Source of the DNA: Veillonella caviae
GTDB taxonomy: Bacteria; Bacillota; Negativicutes; Veillonellales; Veillonellaceae
NCBI RefSeq assembly: GCF_003992125.1
Contig: NZ_RQUY01000001.1
Span: 113,327-137,326, forward strand
Reading direction: 5' to 3'
Length of the DNA: 24,000 nucleotides
Positions 1-8,800 of the stretch are shown here, in pieces. How positions within the stretch are numbered: the first letter of the stretch is position 1; the number at the start of each line of letters is the position of its first letter. Under the pieces are notes generated by a model. It was not told the DNA's origin, made no database searches, and saw only the letters and a program-made list of their open reading frames with translations. Made by a program: the position numbers and the translations under genes.

Positions 1-1
1 G

Positions 2-367
2 AAATCTGTGATGGATGCAGTGAAACGTCATTTCCGCCCTGAATTTTTAAACCGTATTGACGAGATGATTGTATTCCACAGTTTAACATCATCTGATTTG
101 CAACAAATCGTTGCTATTTTGATGAAAGATGTTATTAATCGCCTTGGCGATATGGGATTAACCCTTGAAATCACAGATGATGCAATGGATATTCTCGTAA
201 AGGAAGGTTCGGATTTTGCAATGGGAGCTCGTCCATTGAAACGTGCTATTCAACGTTATATTGAAGATGCTATATCAGATTTGATTCTTCAAGGTAATGC
301 ACCATCTGGTTCCACACTCATAGCAGATGGGAAGGAACACCAAATTATTGTTTTTGTAAGGAAATAA
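2..367 (+). CDS. clpC: ATP-dependent Clp protease ATP-binding subunit ClpC, C-terminal fragment (5' end lies outside the window)
   Basis: The open frame runs from the window edge to TAA at 365-367. The translation has the Hsp100/Clp D2-small-domain signature (RPEFLNRIDE...GARPLKRAIQRYIED). It sits directly upstream of radA, as in the Bacillus clpC-radA operon. Confidence 0.85.
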   Translation, partial: KSVMDAVKRHFRPEFLNRIDEMIVFHSLTSSDLQQIVAILMKDVINRLGDMGLTLEITDDAMDILVKEGSDFAMGARPLKRAIQRYIEDAISDLILQGNAPSGSTLIADGKEHQIIVFVRK

Positions 368-474
368 AGGTAATGGTGTTTTAATTGTTCTTACAAGCTT
401 TCATATAAAATCTATAGCCAAAATGGTATACTATTAATGGTAATAGTTGACCAAAGTTATATTATGCAAAATAA

Positions 475-506
475 GGTCATGAATGGTTATCATTCATGAC
501 CTTTTT
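475..506 (+). terminator. Rho-independent terminator-like hairpin downstream of clpC and just upstream of radA
   Basis: Perfect 11-bp stem GGTCATGAATG (475-485) / CATTCATGACC (491-501) with 5-nt loop GTTAT, followed by TTTTT (502-506). Confidence 0.8.
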
Positions 507-525
507 ATCACTATACGAGGAGCGA

Positions 526-1902
526 ATGGCAAAAGTTAAATCAGTATTCTTCTGTCAAAATTGTGGAGCCGAATCTGCTAAATGGATGGGGAAATGTCCA
601 CAATGTGGAGAGTGGAATACCTTAGTAGAAGAAATCATAAAGGAAACAAAACATAGCCGAACTCCGACTAAGCGCGGTGTAGGACATTCGGATAACAAGC
701 CCATAGCTTTACCCAATATAGAAATTTCCTCTATTGCACGTATCCCTACGGGATTTAAAGAAATTGATCGTGTACTAGGAGGGGGAATAGTGCCAGGCGC
801 ACTTATGTTATTAGGTGGTGATCCAGGAATTGGTAAATCTACATTGTTATTACAAGTATCTCACAAGGTAGCCATTGGGGTAGGCGATGTATTGTATGCA
901 TCTGGTGAAGAATCTCAACTACAACTGAAACTGAGGGCGGAGAGATTAGACATTAATAGTGAACGTCTTCATGTTATTGCTGATACTGATTTAGATCATA
1001 TTTTAGAAGAAGCACTTGAACAAAAGCCTGCTCTTATGATTATTGATTCTATACAAACTATGTATACTGGCGATATTGAAGGTGCTCCTGGTAGTGTTAG
1101 CCAAGTGCGAGAATGTACGTCTCGCTTATTGAGATTCTGCAAAGAACAAAATATACCAACCATCATCATTGGACATGTTACGAAGGAAGGTAATATTGCA
1201 GGCCCTCGTATGCTTGAACATATGGTTGACGTAGTCCTCTATTTTGAAGGTGAACGTTCCTATCAATTTCGTATTTTGCGCTCTATTAAAAACCGATTTG
1301 GATCCACCTCTGAAACTGGTATATTTGCCATGGTAGAAGAAGGATTGACGGAACTAGCAAACCCATCGGCTTCACTATTAGCTGAGCGATCTGATGAGGA
1401 AAGCGGTAGTGCTGTTATGATTTATCTAGAAGGGGTGCGGCCTATTCTCGTAGAGGTACAAAGTCTTGTTACATCTACTGCCTTTGGTATGCCTAGGCGG
1501 ACTGCAATAGGTTATGATTTAAATCGTTTAATTGTACTACTTGCGGTGCTTGAAAAACGATGTGGATTTACATTAGGTAATAAAGATGTGTACGTCAATG
1601 TTATTGGTGGGCTCAAGGTGAATGAACCAGCCTGTGATTTGTCTATGGCGGTAGCTATCGTATCAAGTTTAAAAAATCGCGTTGTTCCCAATGATATGAT
1701 TATCTTAGGTGAAGTTGGTCTTACTGGCAATGTACGCAGTATTCCGCGCATTGAACAACGTATAAGTGAAGCTAAAAAACTAGGATTTACAAAATTTATT
1801 ATTCCCGAAGGCAATGTAAAACAATTAAAGAAAACTGATGATACGATTCAAATTCGAGGTGTAACATCTATCGCACAAGCTATGCAACTAGTTTTTAATT
1901 AA
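526..1902 (+). CDS. radA: DNA repair protein RadA/Sms
   Basis: N-terminal zinc ribbon CQNCG...CPQCG, Walker A GDPGIGKST, KNRFG motif, and a Lon-protease-like C-terminal domain. Start moved from the track's 496 to ATG 526. GAGGAG lies 5 nt upstream of 526, and position 496 sits inside the terminator hairpin. Confidence 0.95.
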   Translation: MAKVKSVFFCQNCGAESAKWMGKCPQCGEWNTLVEEIIKETKHSRTPTKRGVGHSDNKPIALPNIEISSIARIPTGFKEIDRVLGGGIVPGALMLLGGDPGIGKSTLLLQVSHKVAIGVGDVLYASGEESQLQLKLRAERLDINSERLHVIADTDLDHILEEALEQKPALMIIDSIQTMYTGDIEGAPGSVSQVRECTSRLLRFCKEQNIPTIIIGHVTKEGNIAGPRMLEHMVDVVLYFEGERSYQFRILRSIKNRFGSTSETGIFAMVEEGLTELANPSASLLAERSDEESGSAVMIYLEGVRPILVEVQSLVTSTAFGMPRRTAIGYDLNRLIVLLAVLEKRCGFTLGNKDVYVNVIGGLKVNEPACDLSMAVAIVSSLKNRVVPNDMIILGEVGLTGNVRSIPRIEQRISEAKKLGFTKFIIPEGNVKQLKKTDDTIQIRGVTSIAQAMQLVFN

Positions 1903-1929
1903 TACAGCATGTATATAGGAGGTGTTGCC

Positions 1930-3078
1930 ATGCTATATCGTATTTTAAGGTATGTAATTGCCCTGTTAGTGGGGACTGCTGCTTATGTAGGGATGGATAG
2001 TCTAGCACCTATCATCGATCCTTACTTAGTATCGCAGTTTGCTGATTTAAGTGAAATGAGTCTTACTATTGCACGTATCAGCGTTGTTGTGGTGGGCACT
2101 GTTCTTGGTGCCATTGTTGGTTATTTAATATCTTCTTTTTTGTTGCAACAAGGTTTAGTTGTAGCAAAGCGTTTGGAACGCGTATTGACACATATTCCGA
2201 ATCAAGAATTAATTGCTGGTACTATTGGTTTATTATTTGGTCTTATTATTGCAAATTTGATTGGGCTAGCATTTAATCAGATTCCTATTATTGGTCCATA
2301 CATACCTATCATTTTGAGTGCTATATTTGGCTATAGCGGACTTCGTTTAATGGCCCGTAAAGGTCCTGAAATGTACGGTACCTACATGAAGCAATGGGGG
2401 GCTGGTGATGTATCAGGTAGCAAAAAATCTCGTAGTTTTAAGGTGTTTGGTAATTCCAAATCATCAGAGCCTGAAAGTAGCCACAAATTATTAGATACAT
2501 CTGTTATCATCGATGGTCGAATTAAAGAATTGTGTGCCACTGGGTTTATTGACGGTACATTAGTTGTGCCAGTATTTGTGCTCAATGAATTACAAATTGT
2601 TTCTGATTCAGTGGATAGTACAAAACGCAATCGTGGTCGTAGAGGCCTTGATATCTTGAAAGAGATGCAAGATGCAAACCTTGTACCTATTGAAATCGTA
2701 GAAGATGATTACGATGATTTACAAGAGGTAGATTCTAAATTAATGCGATTAGCATTGGAGAAAAATTGGAAATTGATGACCAATGATTATAATCTCAACA
2801 AAGTCGCTAAGCTACAAGGCATACAAGTACTTAATCTCAATGAATTAGCCAATGTATTGAAACCGGCCCTTATTGCTGGTGAATGGATTCATGTTCAAGT
2901 AATGAAAGAAGGTAAAGAAATAGAGCAAGGTGTAGCTTATTTAGATGATGGTACTATGATTGTTGTAGAAGATGGTCGTCCTTATGTAGGTCAAGATGTT
3001 GAGGTTATGGTTACCTCTATTTTGCAAACTAGTGCAGGGCGTATGATTTTTGCTCGTGTAGACGGAGGGAAAGTATGA
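1930..3078 (+). CDS. yacL: Membrane-anchored PIN/TRAM domain protein (YacL-like)
   Basis: About 4 N-terminal hydrophobic helices, a PIN-like core (LLDTSVIIDGRI...NDYNLNKVA) and a C-terminal TRAM-like beta domain (VEVMVTSILQTSAGRMIFARV). Start placed at ATG 1930, preceded by AGGAGG. The position after radA matches Bacillus yacL. Confidence 0.85.
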   Translation: MLYRILRYVIALLVGTAAYVGMDSLAPIIDPYLVSQFADLSEMSLTIARISVVVVGTVLGAIVGYLISSFLLQQGLVVAKRLERVLTHIPNQELIAGTIGLLFGLIIANLIGLAFNQIPIIGPYIPIILSAIFGYSGLRLMARKGPEMYGTYMKQWGAGDVSGSKKSRSFKVFGNSKSSEPESSHKLLDTSVIIDGRIKELCATGFIDGTLVVPVFVLNELQIVSDSVDSTKRNRGRRGLDILKEMQDANLVPIEIVEDDYDDLQEVDSKLMRLALEKNWKLMTNDYNLNKVAKLQGIQVLNLNELANVLKPALIAGEWIHVQVMKEGKEIEQGVAYLDDGTMIVVEDGRPYVGQDVEVMVTSILQTSAGRMIFARVDGGKV

Positions 3079-4250
3079 GCCATGTAAGTTGCATAGTCCT
3101 TGCTGCTGGAGCTGGACGTCGTATGGGGTTAGATGATAACAAAATTTTCTTGCCCTTAGGCCCTAAGTCTATTATTCAATGGACTTTGACACATATTGAT
3201 TCTGTACCTGATATTGATGATATTATTCTTGTGGTAGCAGATGGTGAAGAAAAACGGATGATGGATCATATTGAACCATTGCATTTAACAACACCTATCC
3301 GCATTGTAGTAGGTGGTGCAGAACGTCAGAATTCTGTGTATAATGGATTACAATTTGTGAACAATAATAATGATATTGTTCTCGTTCACGATGGGGCACG
3401 TCCTATTGCTAATAGAAATGTATTTCAAACTGTCATTGATGGCGCTCGTCAATATGGTGCTGTTACTGTAGGGGTGCCATCTACAGATACTATTAAACGG
3501 GCTGATATAAATGGCAAGGTACTAGAAACATTAAATCGTAGTGAGTTGATGAATATTCAGACGCCCCAAGGCTTTCACAAAGATGTATTTATAAAAGCTC
3601 ATGACAAAGCATTAGCTAGTGATTATAGAGGAACTGATGACGTATCTCTTGTGGAATTCATAGGTGAATCTGTACAGATTTTACCAGGGGATTATAAGAA
3701 TATTAAGGTAACAACCCCTAATGATATATCTGTAGCAAAACGATATTTAGGAATTAAGGAGCAACGTATGCGTGTCGGTTATGGTTATGATATTCATAAG
3801 TTAAAAGAAGGGCGTCCTTGTGTTTTAGGCGGTGTTCTAATCGAATCTCCTATAGGACCAGATGGCCATTCAGATGCAGATGTACTCATTCATGCTCTTA
3901 TGGATGCTATGTTAGGCGCTGCAGGTTTGCGAGATATTGGATACTATTTCCCACCAGAAGATGATGCATACAAAGGTATTTCTAGCATGATTTTATTAGA
4001 ACATGTAAATTCCTTGTTGAAAGAACGAGGCTTAGAAGCCTATAATATAGATATTATGGTTATTTCGGAAACGCCAAAGTTAAAACCTTACATTGAAAAA
4101 ATGAAGTCGAATATTCAATCGGTGTTGTCCATTCCATTAGACCGTATTAGTATTAAAGCAACCACTAATGAAATGCTTGGTGCTATTGGCCGTCGTGAAG
4201 GCATTGCAGCACAAGCAGTAGTTACCGTATATGAAGGAGAGGTTTTTTAG
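3075..4250 (+). CDS. ispDF: Bifunctional 2-C-methyl-D-erythritol 4-phosphate cytidylyltransferase / 2-C-methyl-D-erythritol 2,4-cyclodiphosphate synthase (IspDF fusion)
   Basis: The N-terminal half has the IspD motif LAAGAGRRMG. The C-terminal half starts at MRVGYGYDIHKL and carries GHSDADVLIHA (IspF). It is a single uninterrupted 391-codon frame. Its ATGA start overlaps the upstream stop (3075-3078). Confidence 0.93.
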   Translation: MSHVSCIVLAAGAGRRMGLDDNKIFLPLGPKSIIQWTLTHIDSVPDIDDIILVVADGEEKRMMDHIEPLHLTTPIRIVVGGAERQNSVYNGLQFVNNNNDIVLVHDGARPIANRNVFQTVIDGARQYGAVTVGVPSTDTIKRADINGKVLETLNRSELMNIQTPQGFHKDVFIKAHDKALASDYRGTDDVSLVEFIGESVQILPGDYKNIKVTTPNDISVAKRYLGIKEQRMRVGYGYDIHKLKEGRPCVLGGVLIESPIGPDGHSDADVLIHALMDAMLGAAGLRDIGYYFPPEDDAYKGISSMILLEHVNSLLKERGLEAYNIDIMVISETPKLKPYIEKMKSNIQSVLSIPLDRISIKATTNEMLGAIGRREGIAAQAVVTVYEGEVF

Positions 4251-5720
4251 ATGAGTAATATGAAAGTTCGTTTTGCCCCAAGTCCAACAGGTCCGTTTCA
4301 CATTGGTGGCGCTCGTTCCGCATTGTTTAATTGGCTATTAGCACGCAAAGAGGAAGGCTCCTTTGTGCTTCGTATCGAAGATACTGACCTCGCTCGTTCT
4401 ACTCGTGAAAGCGAAGAAAATATTAAAGCCTCCCTTAAATGGCTAGGTATGAATTGGGATGAAGGTGTCGATGTTGGCGGAGATAATGGTCCATACCGTC
4501 AAACAGAGCGCCTCGATTTATACAAAGAAGTAATAGAACGTTTATTAGCAGAAGATAAAGCTTATGAATGTTTCTGTACTGCTGAAGAATTAGATGCCGT
4601 TCGTCAAGAGCAAATGGATCGTGGAGAAACACCTAAATACAATGGTCACTGTAGCCATTTAACAGAAGAAGAAAAAGAAAAATACCGTGCTGAAGGCCGT
4701 AAATCTACTATTCGCTTGCGTGTGCCTTTAAATAAAACATACGCTTTTGACGATATGGTGCGCGGTCATGTGTCCTTTGAATCTAACGGGGTAGGCGATT
4801 TTGTTATCGTCAAATCTGATGGTATTCCTGTATATAACTTTGCGGTTGTTATGGACGATCATATGATGAAAATTACCCATGTTATTCGCGCGGAAGAACA
4901 TTTATCTAACACACCTCGGCAAATGGCAATTTACGAAGCGTTAGGATGGAATATCCCTATATTTGGGCATATTTCCTTGATTCTTGGTAAAGATTACAAA
5001 AAGATGTCCAAACGACATGGCGCTACATCTGTAGAGCAATATAAACAATTAGGTTATTTACCAGAAGCATTAGTTAACTTTTTGGCACTTCTTGGTTGGG
5101 CGCCAGAAGGGGAAGAAGAATTCTTCACCCAAGAGGAATTGATTCAAGCCTTCTCAATGGACAGAGTTGCTAAAAACCCTGCTGTATTCGACATTGATAA
5201 ATTAAATCATATCAATTTTCACTATATGAAACAGTTGAGTGATGAAGAAATTTTCCATCTTTGCTTGCCACATTTGAAAGAAGTGGGGCTTGTACCAGAT
5301 AGTATGAATCAAGCTGATATTGATTGGTTAACATTGTTATGTACTACATTCCGTGATCATATTAGCTTTGGTGCTCAAATCAAGGATCATGTAGGTTTAT
5401 TCTTAGGCGATACTGTATTCCTTGAAGAAGGGCATGAAGAAGAACTTAAATCTGTTCTTAGCGAAGTGACCGTACCAACTGTTCTTAAAGCATTTAAAAA
5501 CCAATTGGTGGCAATGGAAGAAGTAACACCAGAAAACGTAAAAGCTGCTATCAAAGCTGTAATGAAAGAAACATCCTTAAAAGGTAAATTTGTATTCATG
5601 CCAATCCGTGTTGCCTTAACAGGACAAATGCATGGACCTGATTTGAATAACATCGTTACATTACTTGGTAAAGAGGCATGCGTACATCGTTTAGATACCT
5701 ATGCTAATCTAATTAAATAA
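4251..5720 (+). CDS. gltX: Glutamate--tRNA ligase
   Basis: Class I aaRS motifs HIGG (PFHIGGAR) and KMSKR. RBS GAAGGAGAGG lies upstream. The ATG immediately follows the ispDF stop. Confidence 0.96.
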   Translation: MSNMKVRFAPSPTGPFHIGGARSALFNWLLARKEEGSFVLRIEDTDLARSTRESEENIKASLKWLGMNWDEGVDVGGDNGPYRQTERLDLYKEVIERLLAEDKAYECFCTAEELDAVRQEQMDRGETPKYNGHCSHLTEEEKEKYRAEGRKSTIRLRVPLNKTYAFDDMVRGHVSFESNGVGDFVIVKSDGIPVYNFAVVMDDHMMKITHVIRAEEHLSNTPRQMAIYEALGWNIPIFGHISLILGKDYKKMSKRHGATSVEQYKQLGYLPEALVNFLALLGWAPEGEEEFFTQEELIQAFSMDRVAKNPAVFDIDKLNHINFHYMKQLSDEEIFHLCLPHLKEVGLVPDSMNQADIDWLTLLCTTFRDHISFGAQIKDHVGLFLGDTVFLEEGHEEELKSVLSEVTVPTVLKAFKNQLVAMEEVTPENVKAAIKAVMKETSLKGKFVFMPIRVALTGQMHGPDLNNIVTLLGKEACVHRLDTYANLIK

Positions 5721-5793
5721 GTATTTTCACTATAAGCTATTTATTATGATTATTCGTAAATAGGATAATCATAGTAGATCTAGTGCATAAAAG

Positions 5794-5830
5794 AGACTCT
5801 TGCTACAAATGAGTAGCAAGAGTCTTTATT
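5794..5830 (+). terminator. Rho-independent terminator after gltX
   Basis: 13-bp stem AGACTCTTGCTAC (5794-5806) / GTAGCAAGAGTCT (5813-5825) with loop AAATGA, followed by TTATT. Confidence 0.8.
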
Positions 5831-5857
5831 GTACTGGGGTTTTATAAGTGTTATAAT
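5829..5857 (+). promoter_or_regulatory. Sigma-70-type promoter for the BASS transporter gene
   Basis: TTGTAC (5829-5834), 17-nt spacer ending in TG, then TATAAT (5852-5857). This gives an extended -10, TGtTATAAT. Confidence 0.55.
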
Positions 5858-5904
5858 GTATGCCGTATTTATATTTTATTATTCTATAGAAAGAGAGTGT
5901 TTTG

Positions 5905-6858
5905 ATGAGTATCATATACGACATTAATCGCGTATTTAATGGTTATCTATCTTGGATTGTGTTATTAACAGCGGTTGTAGCGTATTTATTACCAAATTTC
6001 TTTGCTTGGCTTACGCCCTATATCGCGTATTTATTACAATTCGTTATGTTTACTATGGGATTAACATTGACGGCACAAGTATTTATAGATGTTTTTAAAC
6101 AACCTATAAAGGTATTGTTGGTTTCAGTGATTCAATTCTTATGGATGCCACTAGCAGGCTTCTTTGTGGCTGTAGGGTTTAATTTTCCTCCAGAAATCGG
6201 TATTGGTTTTATTTTATTAGGTGCCTGCCCAGGTGGCACTGCGTCGAATGTAATGACATTCTTGGCTAATGGTAATGTACCACTTTCCGTTTCTGCTACC
6301 ACTGTATCTACATTGTTGGCACCATTATTGACACCTTTATTTGTAGTGCTTTACGCTGGTGCAACATCATCTATACACATTGAATTTATGCCAATGTTCA
6401 TTTCTATCATTAAAATTGTTTTAGTTCCAATTATTTTGGGGATTGTCATTAATTATTTTGTAGGTACTAAAATCGAGTCTGTGAAAGTTGTGTGCCCCAC
6501 TATTGCAGCAATTGCAGTATTGGTAATTATCATGGCTGTTACAGCCGCTACAAAAGACAGCATTCAAGCAAGTGGCCCGATTATTTTCTTAGCCTGCTTA
6601 TTGCAAAATATAAGTGGCTATATTGTAACCTATGGTATATGCAAATTATTCCGTATTGATATTGCGTCCCGCCGTGCTATGCAAATCGAAGTGGCTATGC
6701 AAAATTCGGCATTGGCGACTACCTTGGCAAAGGCACATTTTACACCACAAGCGGCTGTAGCGGGTGCTGTATTCTCTATTATTCATAATTTTACTGGCTC
6801 TATTTTTGCTGGTTTTTGTCGTAAAAATGACGAGAAATCAAAAGCTGAAAATGTCTAA
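5905..6858 (+). CDS. Bile acid:sodium symporter (BASS) family transporter
   Basis: Polytopic membrane protein of about 317 aa with the BASS signature GACPGGTASNVMT. ATG 5905 (or TTG 5902) follows AAGAGAG. The substrate cannot be inferred from sequence. Confidence 0.85.
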   Translation: MSIIYDINRVFNGYLSWIVLLTAVVAYLLPNFFAWLTPYIAYLLQFVMFTMGLTLTAQVFIDVFKQPIKVLLVSVIQFLWMPLAGFFVAVGFNFPPEIGIGFILLGACPGGTASNVMTFLANGNVPLSVSATTVSTLLAPLLTPLFVVLYAGATSSIHIEFMPMFISIIKIVLVPIILGIVINYFVGTKIESVKVVCPTIAAIAVLVIIMAVTAATKDSIQASGPIIFLACLLQNISGYIVTYGICKLFRIDIASRRAMQIEVAMQNSALATTLAKAHFTPQAAVAGAVFSIIHNFTGSIFAGFCRKNDEKSKAENV

Positions 6859-7043
6859 TAAAATTATTAACTGAGTTTATAAATTGAAAAACATAAATTA
6901 TACTTAGTTATATCATATGGTTAGTATATTCTGTATGATAAGGCAATCCATTATTAAATTTAATATGATGATATAAAGAGAGTATGTAATCTGTAAGTCC
7001 TGTAAAATAAGGATTTATGAGGGGGGCAACTCTCTTTTTCTCA

Positions 7044-7072
7044 TTGACATTAATGAGAGTAATTGATAGAAT
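7044..7072 (+). promoter_or_regulatory. Sigma-70 promoter of the cysS T-box leader
   Basis: TTGACA (7044-7049), exactly 17-nt spacer, TAGAAT (7067-7072). Confidence 0.75.
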
Positions 7073-7079
7073 TAATGTA

Positions 7080-7323
7080 TTATTAAATATGGAAGACACT
7101 AATAGCTGAGACTGAAATAAGTACTTTATAACTAGCTTTCTAGCGAGAACCGATGGTGGAAGGGTTCAGGTATAGATAAAGGAAATGCATTCACGAGCTG
7201 GCACTCCGATTATAGGTAGGTTTGTCCGGTTACGCGCCGTTATGCGTTGAGTGGGTATCAGTTGATACTTAACAGAGTGGAACCGCGGACCATCGTCTCT
7301 GTATGAGATGAGAGGTCTTTTTT
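7080..7323 (+). promoter_or_regulatory. T-box riboswitch leader, cysteine specifier
   Basis: Stem I elements AGCGAGA and GGTGGAA (7142-7162). Candidate specifier TGC followed by A (7186-7189). Stem III hairpin GTATCA/TGATAC (7255-7268). T-box core AACAGAGTGGAACCGCGG (7271-7288). Terminator hairpin 7288-7317 followed by TTTTTT (7318-7323). It lies directly upstream of cysS. Confidence 0.9.
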
Positions 7324-7351
7324 ATTTTTATATATGGAGGCATCGGTAACG

Positions 7352-8800
7352 ATGAGAGAAATTACAGTTTTTAATACAATGACACGTCAAAAAGAGCCTT
7401 TTGTACCTGTTACACCAGGGGAGGCTAAAATGTACGTGTGTGGTGTTACACCATATAATCATCCGCATATTGGTAATGCTCGTCCTTTCGTAACGTGGGA
7501 TGTTATTCGTCGTTATATGAAACACGTAGGTTACAAAGTGACGTATGTACAAAACTTTACAGATGTAGATGATAAAATTATCAATACATCTAATGGTGAA
7601 GGTATAGCTTGGGATGAAGTTGCTAATCGCTACATCGATAGCTATTTTGAAGTGATGGATGCTCTTGGCGTTGAACGTGCGGATATTTACCCTCGCGTAT
7701 CGACTCATATTCCAGATATTATTGCTATGATTTCTACGCTTATTGAAAAAGGTTATGCTTATGAACTCGATGGCGATGTATATTACAGCGTTGAAAAATT
7801 TGATCGCTATGGTGAATTGTCTGGCCGCACATTAGACGATATGGAAGCAGGCGCTCGTATCGAAGTAGATGGTCGTAAGAAGAACCCAATGGACTTCGCG
7901 CTTTGGAAATCTGCAAAACCAGGTGAACCATATTGGGAAAGTCCTTGGGGGAATGGTCGCCCTGGTTGGCATATCGAATGCTCTGCTATGAGTCAAAAAT
8001 ATTTAGGTGCTGAATTTGATTTTCACGGTGGCGGTAGTGATTTGATTTTCCCTCATCACGAAAATGAAATCGCTCAATCTGAAGGCTGTTCGGGTCAACA
8101 TCCATCAGTAAAATATTGGTTGCATAATGGCTTCATCACTATTAATTCTGAGAAAATGTCTAAATCATTGAATAATTTTTTCTTGGTAAAAGACATTTTA
8201 GAACAATATAGTCCAGATGCATTGCGCTACTTCTTATTGAGCACTCATTATCGTAGCCCATTAGATTTTTCTGATGAAAGATTGGAAGAGGCTAATAAAT
8301 CTTTGGAGCGTTTGAATACAGCTATCGAAAATCTCTTGTATTTAGAAAAATGTGAATCTGGTTCTTGTGAGGAAGCAGAACATTTATTAGAAGAAGCTAA
8401 AAAATACGAAGAAGAATTTGAAACAGCTATGAGCGATGATTTTAATACTGCTTTGGCTACATCTAGTATGTTCGGTTTAGCAAAAGAAATCAATATTTAT
8501 TACCAAGCTGTAACGAGCCGTGAAGGCGTTGTGTGTCAAGATGCTATTAGCGAAGTAAAACGGATTTTTAAATTTATGACTGAAATTATCGGTGTATTAG
8601 CTAAATCTTGGGAAGGTAATGTCGCTGCAGGTGCGGTAGAATATGAGCAACTGATGGAAGTTATTCTAGCAGTACGCCAAGAATGCCGCAATCAAAAACA
8701 ATGGGGCTTAGCGGATTGCATTCGCGATCGTTTAGCTGATATTGGTATTACTATTGAAGACTCTCCAACAGGAGCACGGTGGAAAAAACGTGAAATTTAA
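7352..8800 (+). CDS. cysS: Cysteine--tRNA ligase
   Basis: HIGN (HPHIGNAR) and KMSKS motifs. The N-terminus MREITVFNTMTRQKEPF aligns with typical CysS starts. Start trimmed from track position 7334 to ATG 7352, downstream of GGAGG. Confidence 0.95.
   Translation: MREITVFNTMTRQKEPFVPVTPGEAKMYVCGVTPYNHPHIGNARPFVTWDVIRRYMKHVGYKVTYVQNFTDVDDKIINTSNGEGIAWDEVANRYIDSYFEVMDALGVERADIYPRVSTHIPDIIAMISTLIEKGYAYELDGDVYYSVEKFDRYGELSGRTLDDMEAGARIEVDGRKKNPMDFALWKSAKPGEPYWESPWGNGRPGWHIECSAMSQKYLGAEFDFHGGGSDLIFPHHENEIAQSEGCSGQHPSVKYWLHNGFITINSEKMSKSLNNFFLVKDILEQYSPDALRYFLLSTHYRSPLDFSDERLEEANKSLERLNTAIENLLYLEKCESGSCEEAEHLLEEAKKYEEEFETAMSDDFNTALATSSMFGLAKEINIYYQAVTSREGVVCQDAISEVKRIFKFMTEIIGVLAKSWEGNVAAGAVEYEQLMEVILAVRQECRNQKQWGLADCIRDRLADIGITIEDSPTGARWKKREI

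Noticed and set aside
496-525. Upstream extensions of ORF-track starts (radA 496, yacL-like 1909, cysS 7334, mrnC 8742, yacP 9986, membrane protein 14775, bioW 15354)
   Set aside because: In each case a downstream start codon has a properly spaced Shine-Dalgarno and gives an N-terminus matching the family. The radA extension would begin inside a terminator hairpin.
6908-7099. 63-aa minus-strand ORF in the BASS-cysS intergenic region
   Set aside because: It overlaps the strong cysS promoter and the start of the T-box leader. It has no convincing RBS and no recognisable sequence features. The region is better explained by regulatory DNA.
7017-7109. 30-codon + strand ORF starting at ATG 7017 and crossing the cysS promoter
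   Set aside because: The only SD-like sequence (AAGGA) is 3 nt from the ATG. The ORF spans the -35/-10 elements and the T-box 5' end, so it is most likely fortuitous.
7328-7708. 126-aa minus-strand ORF opposite the 5' part of cysS
   Set aside because: It is antisense to the HIGN region of cysS and would run into the T-box terminator. It has no RBS and an implausible Cys/His/Ile-rich sequence.
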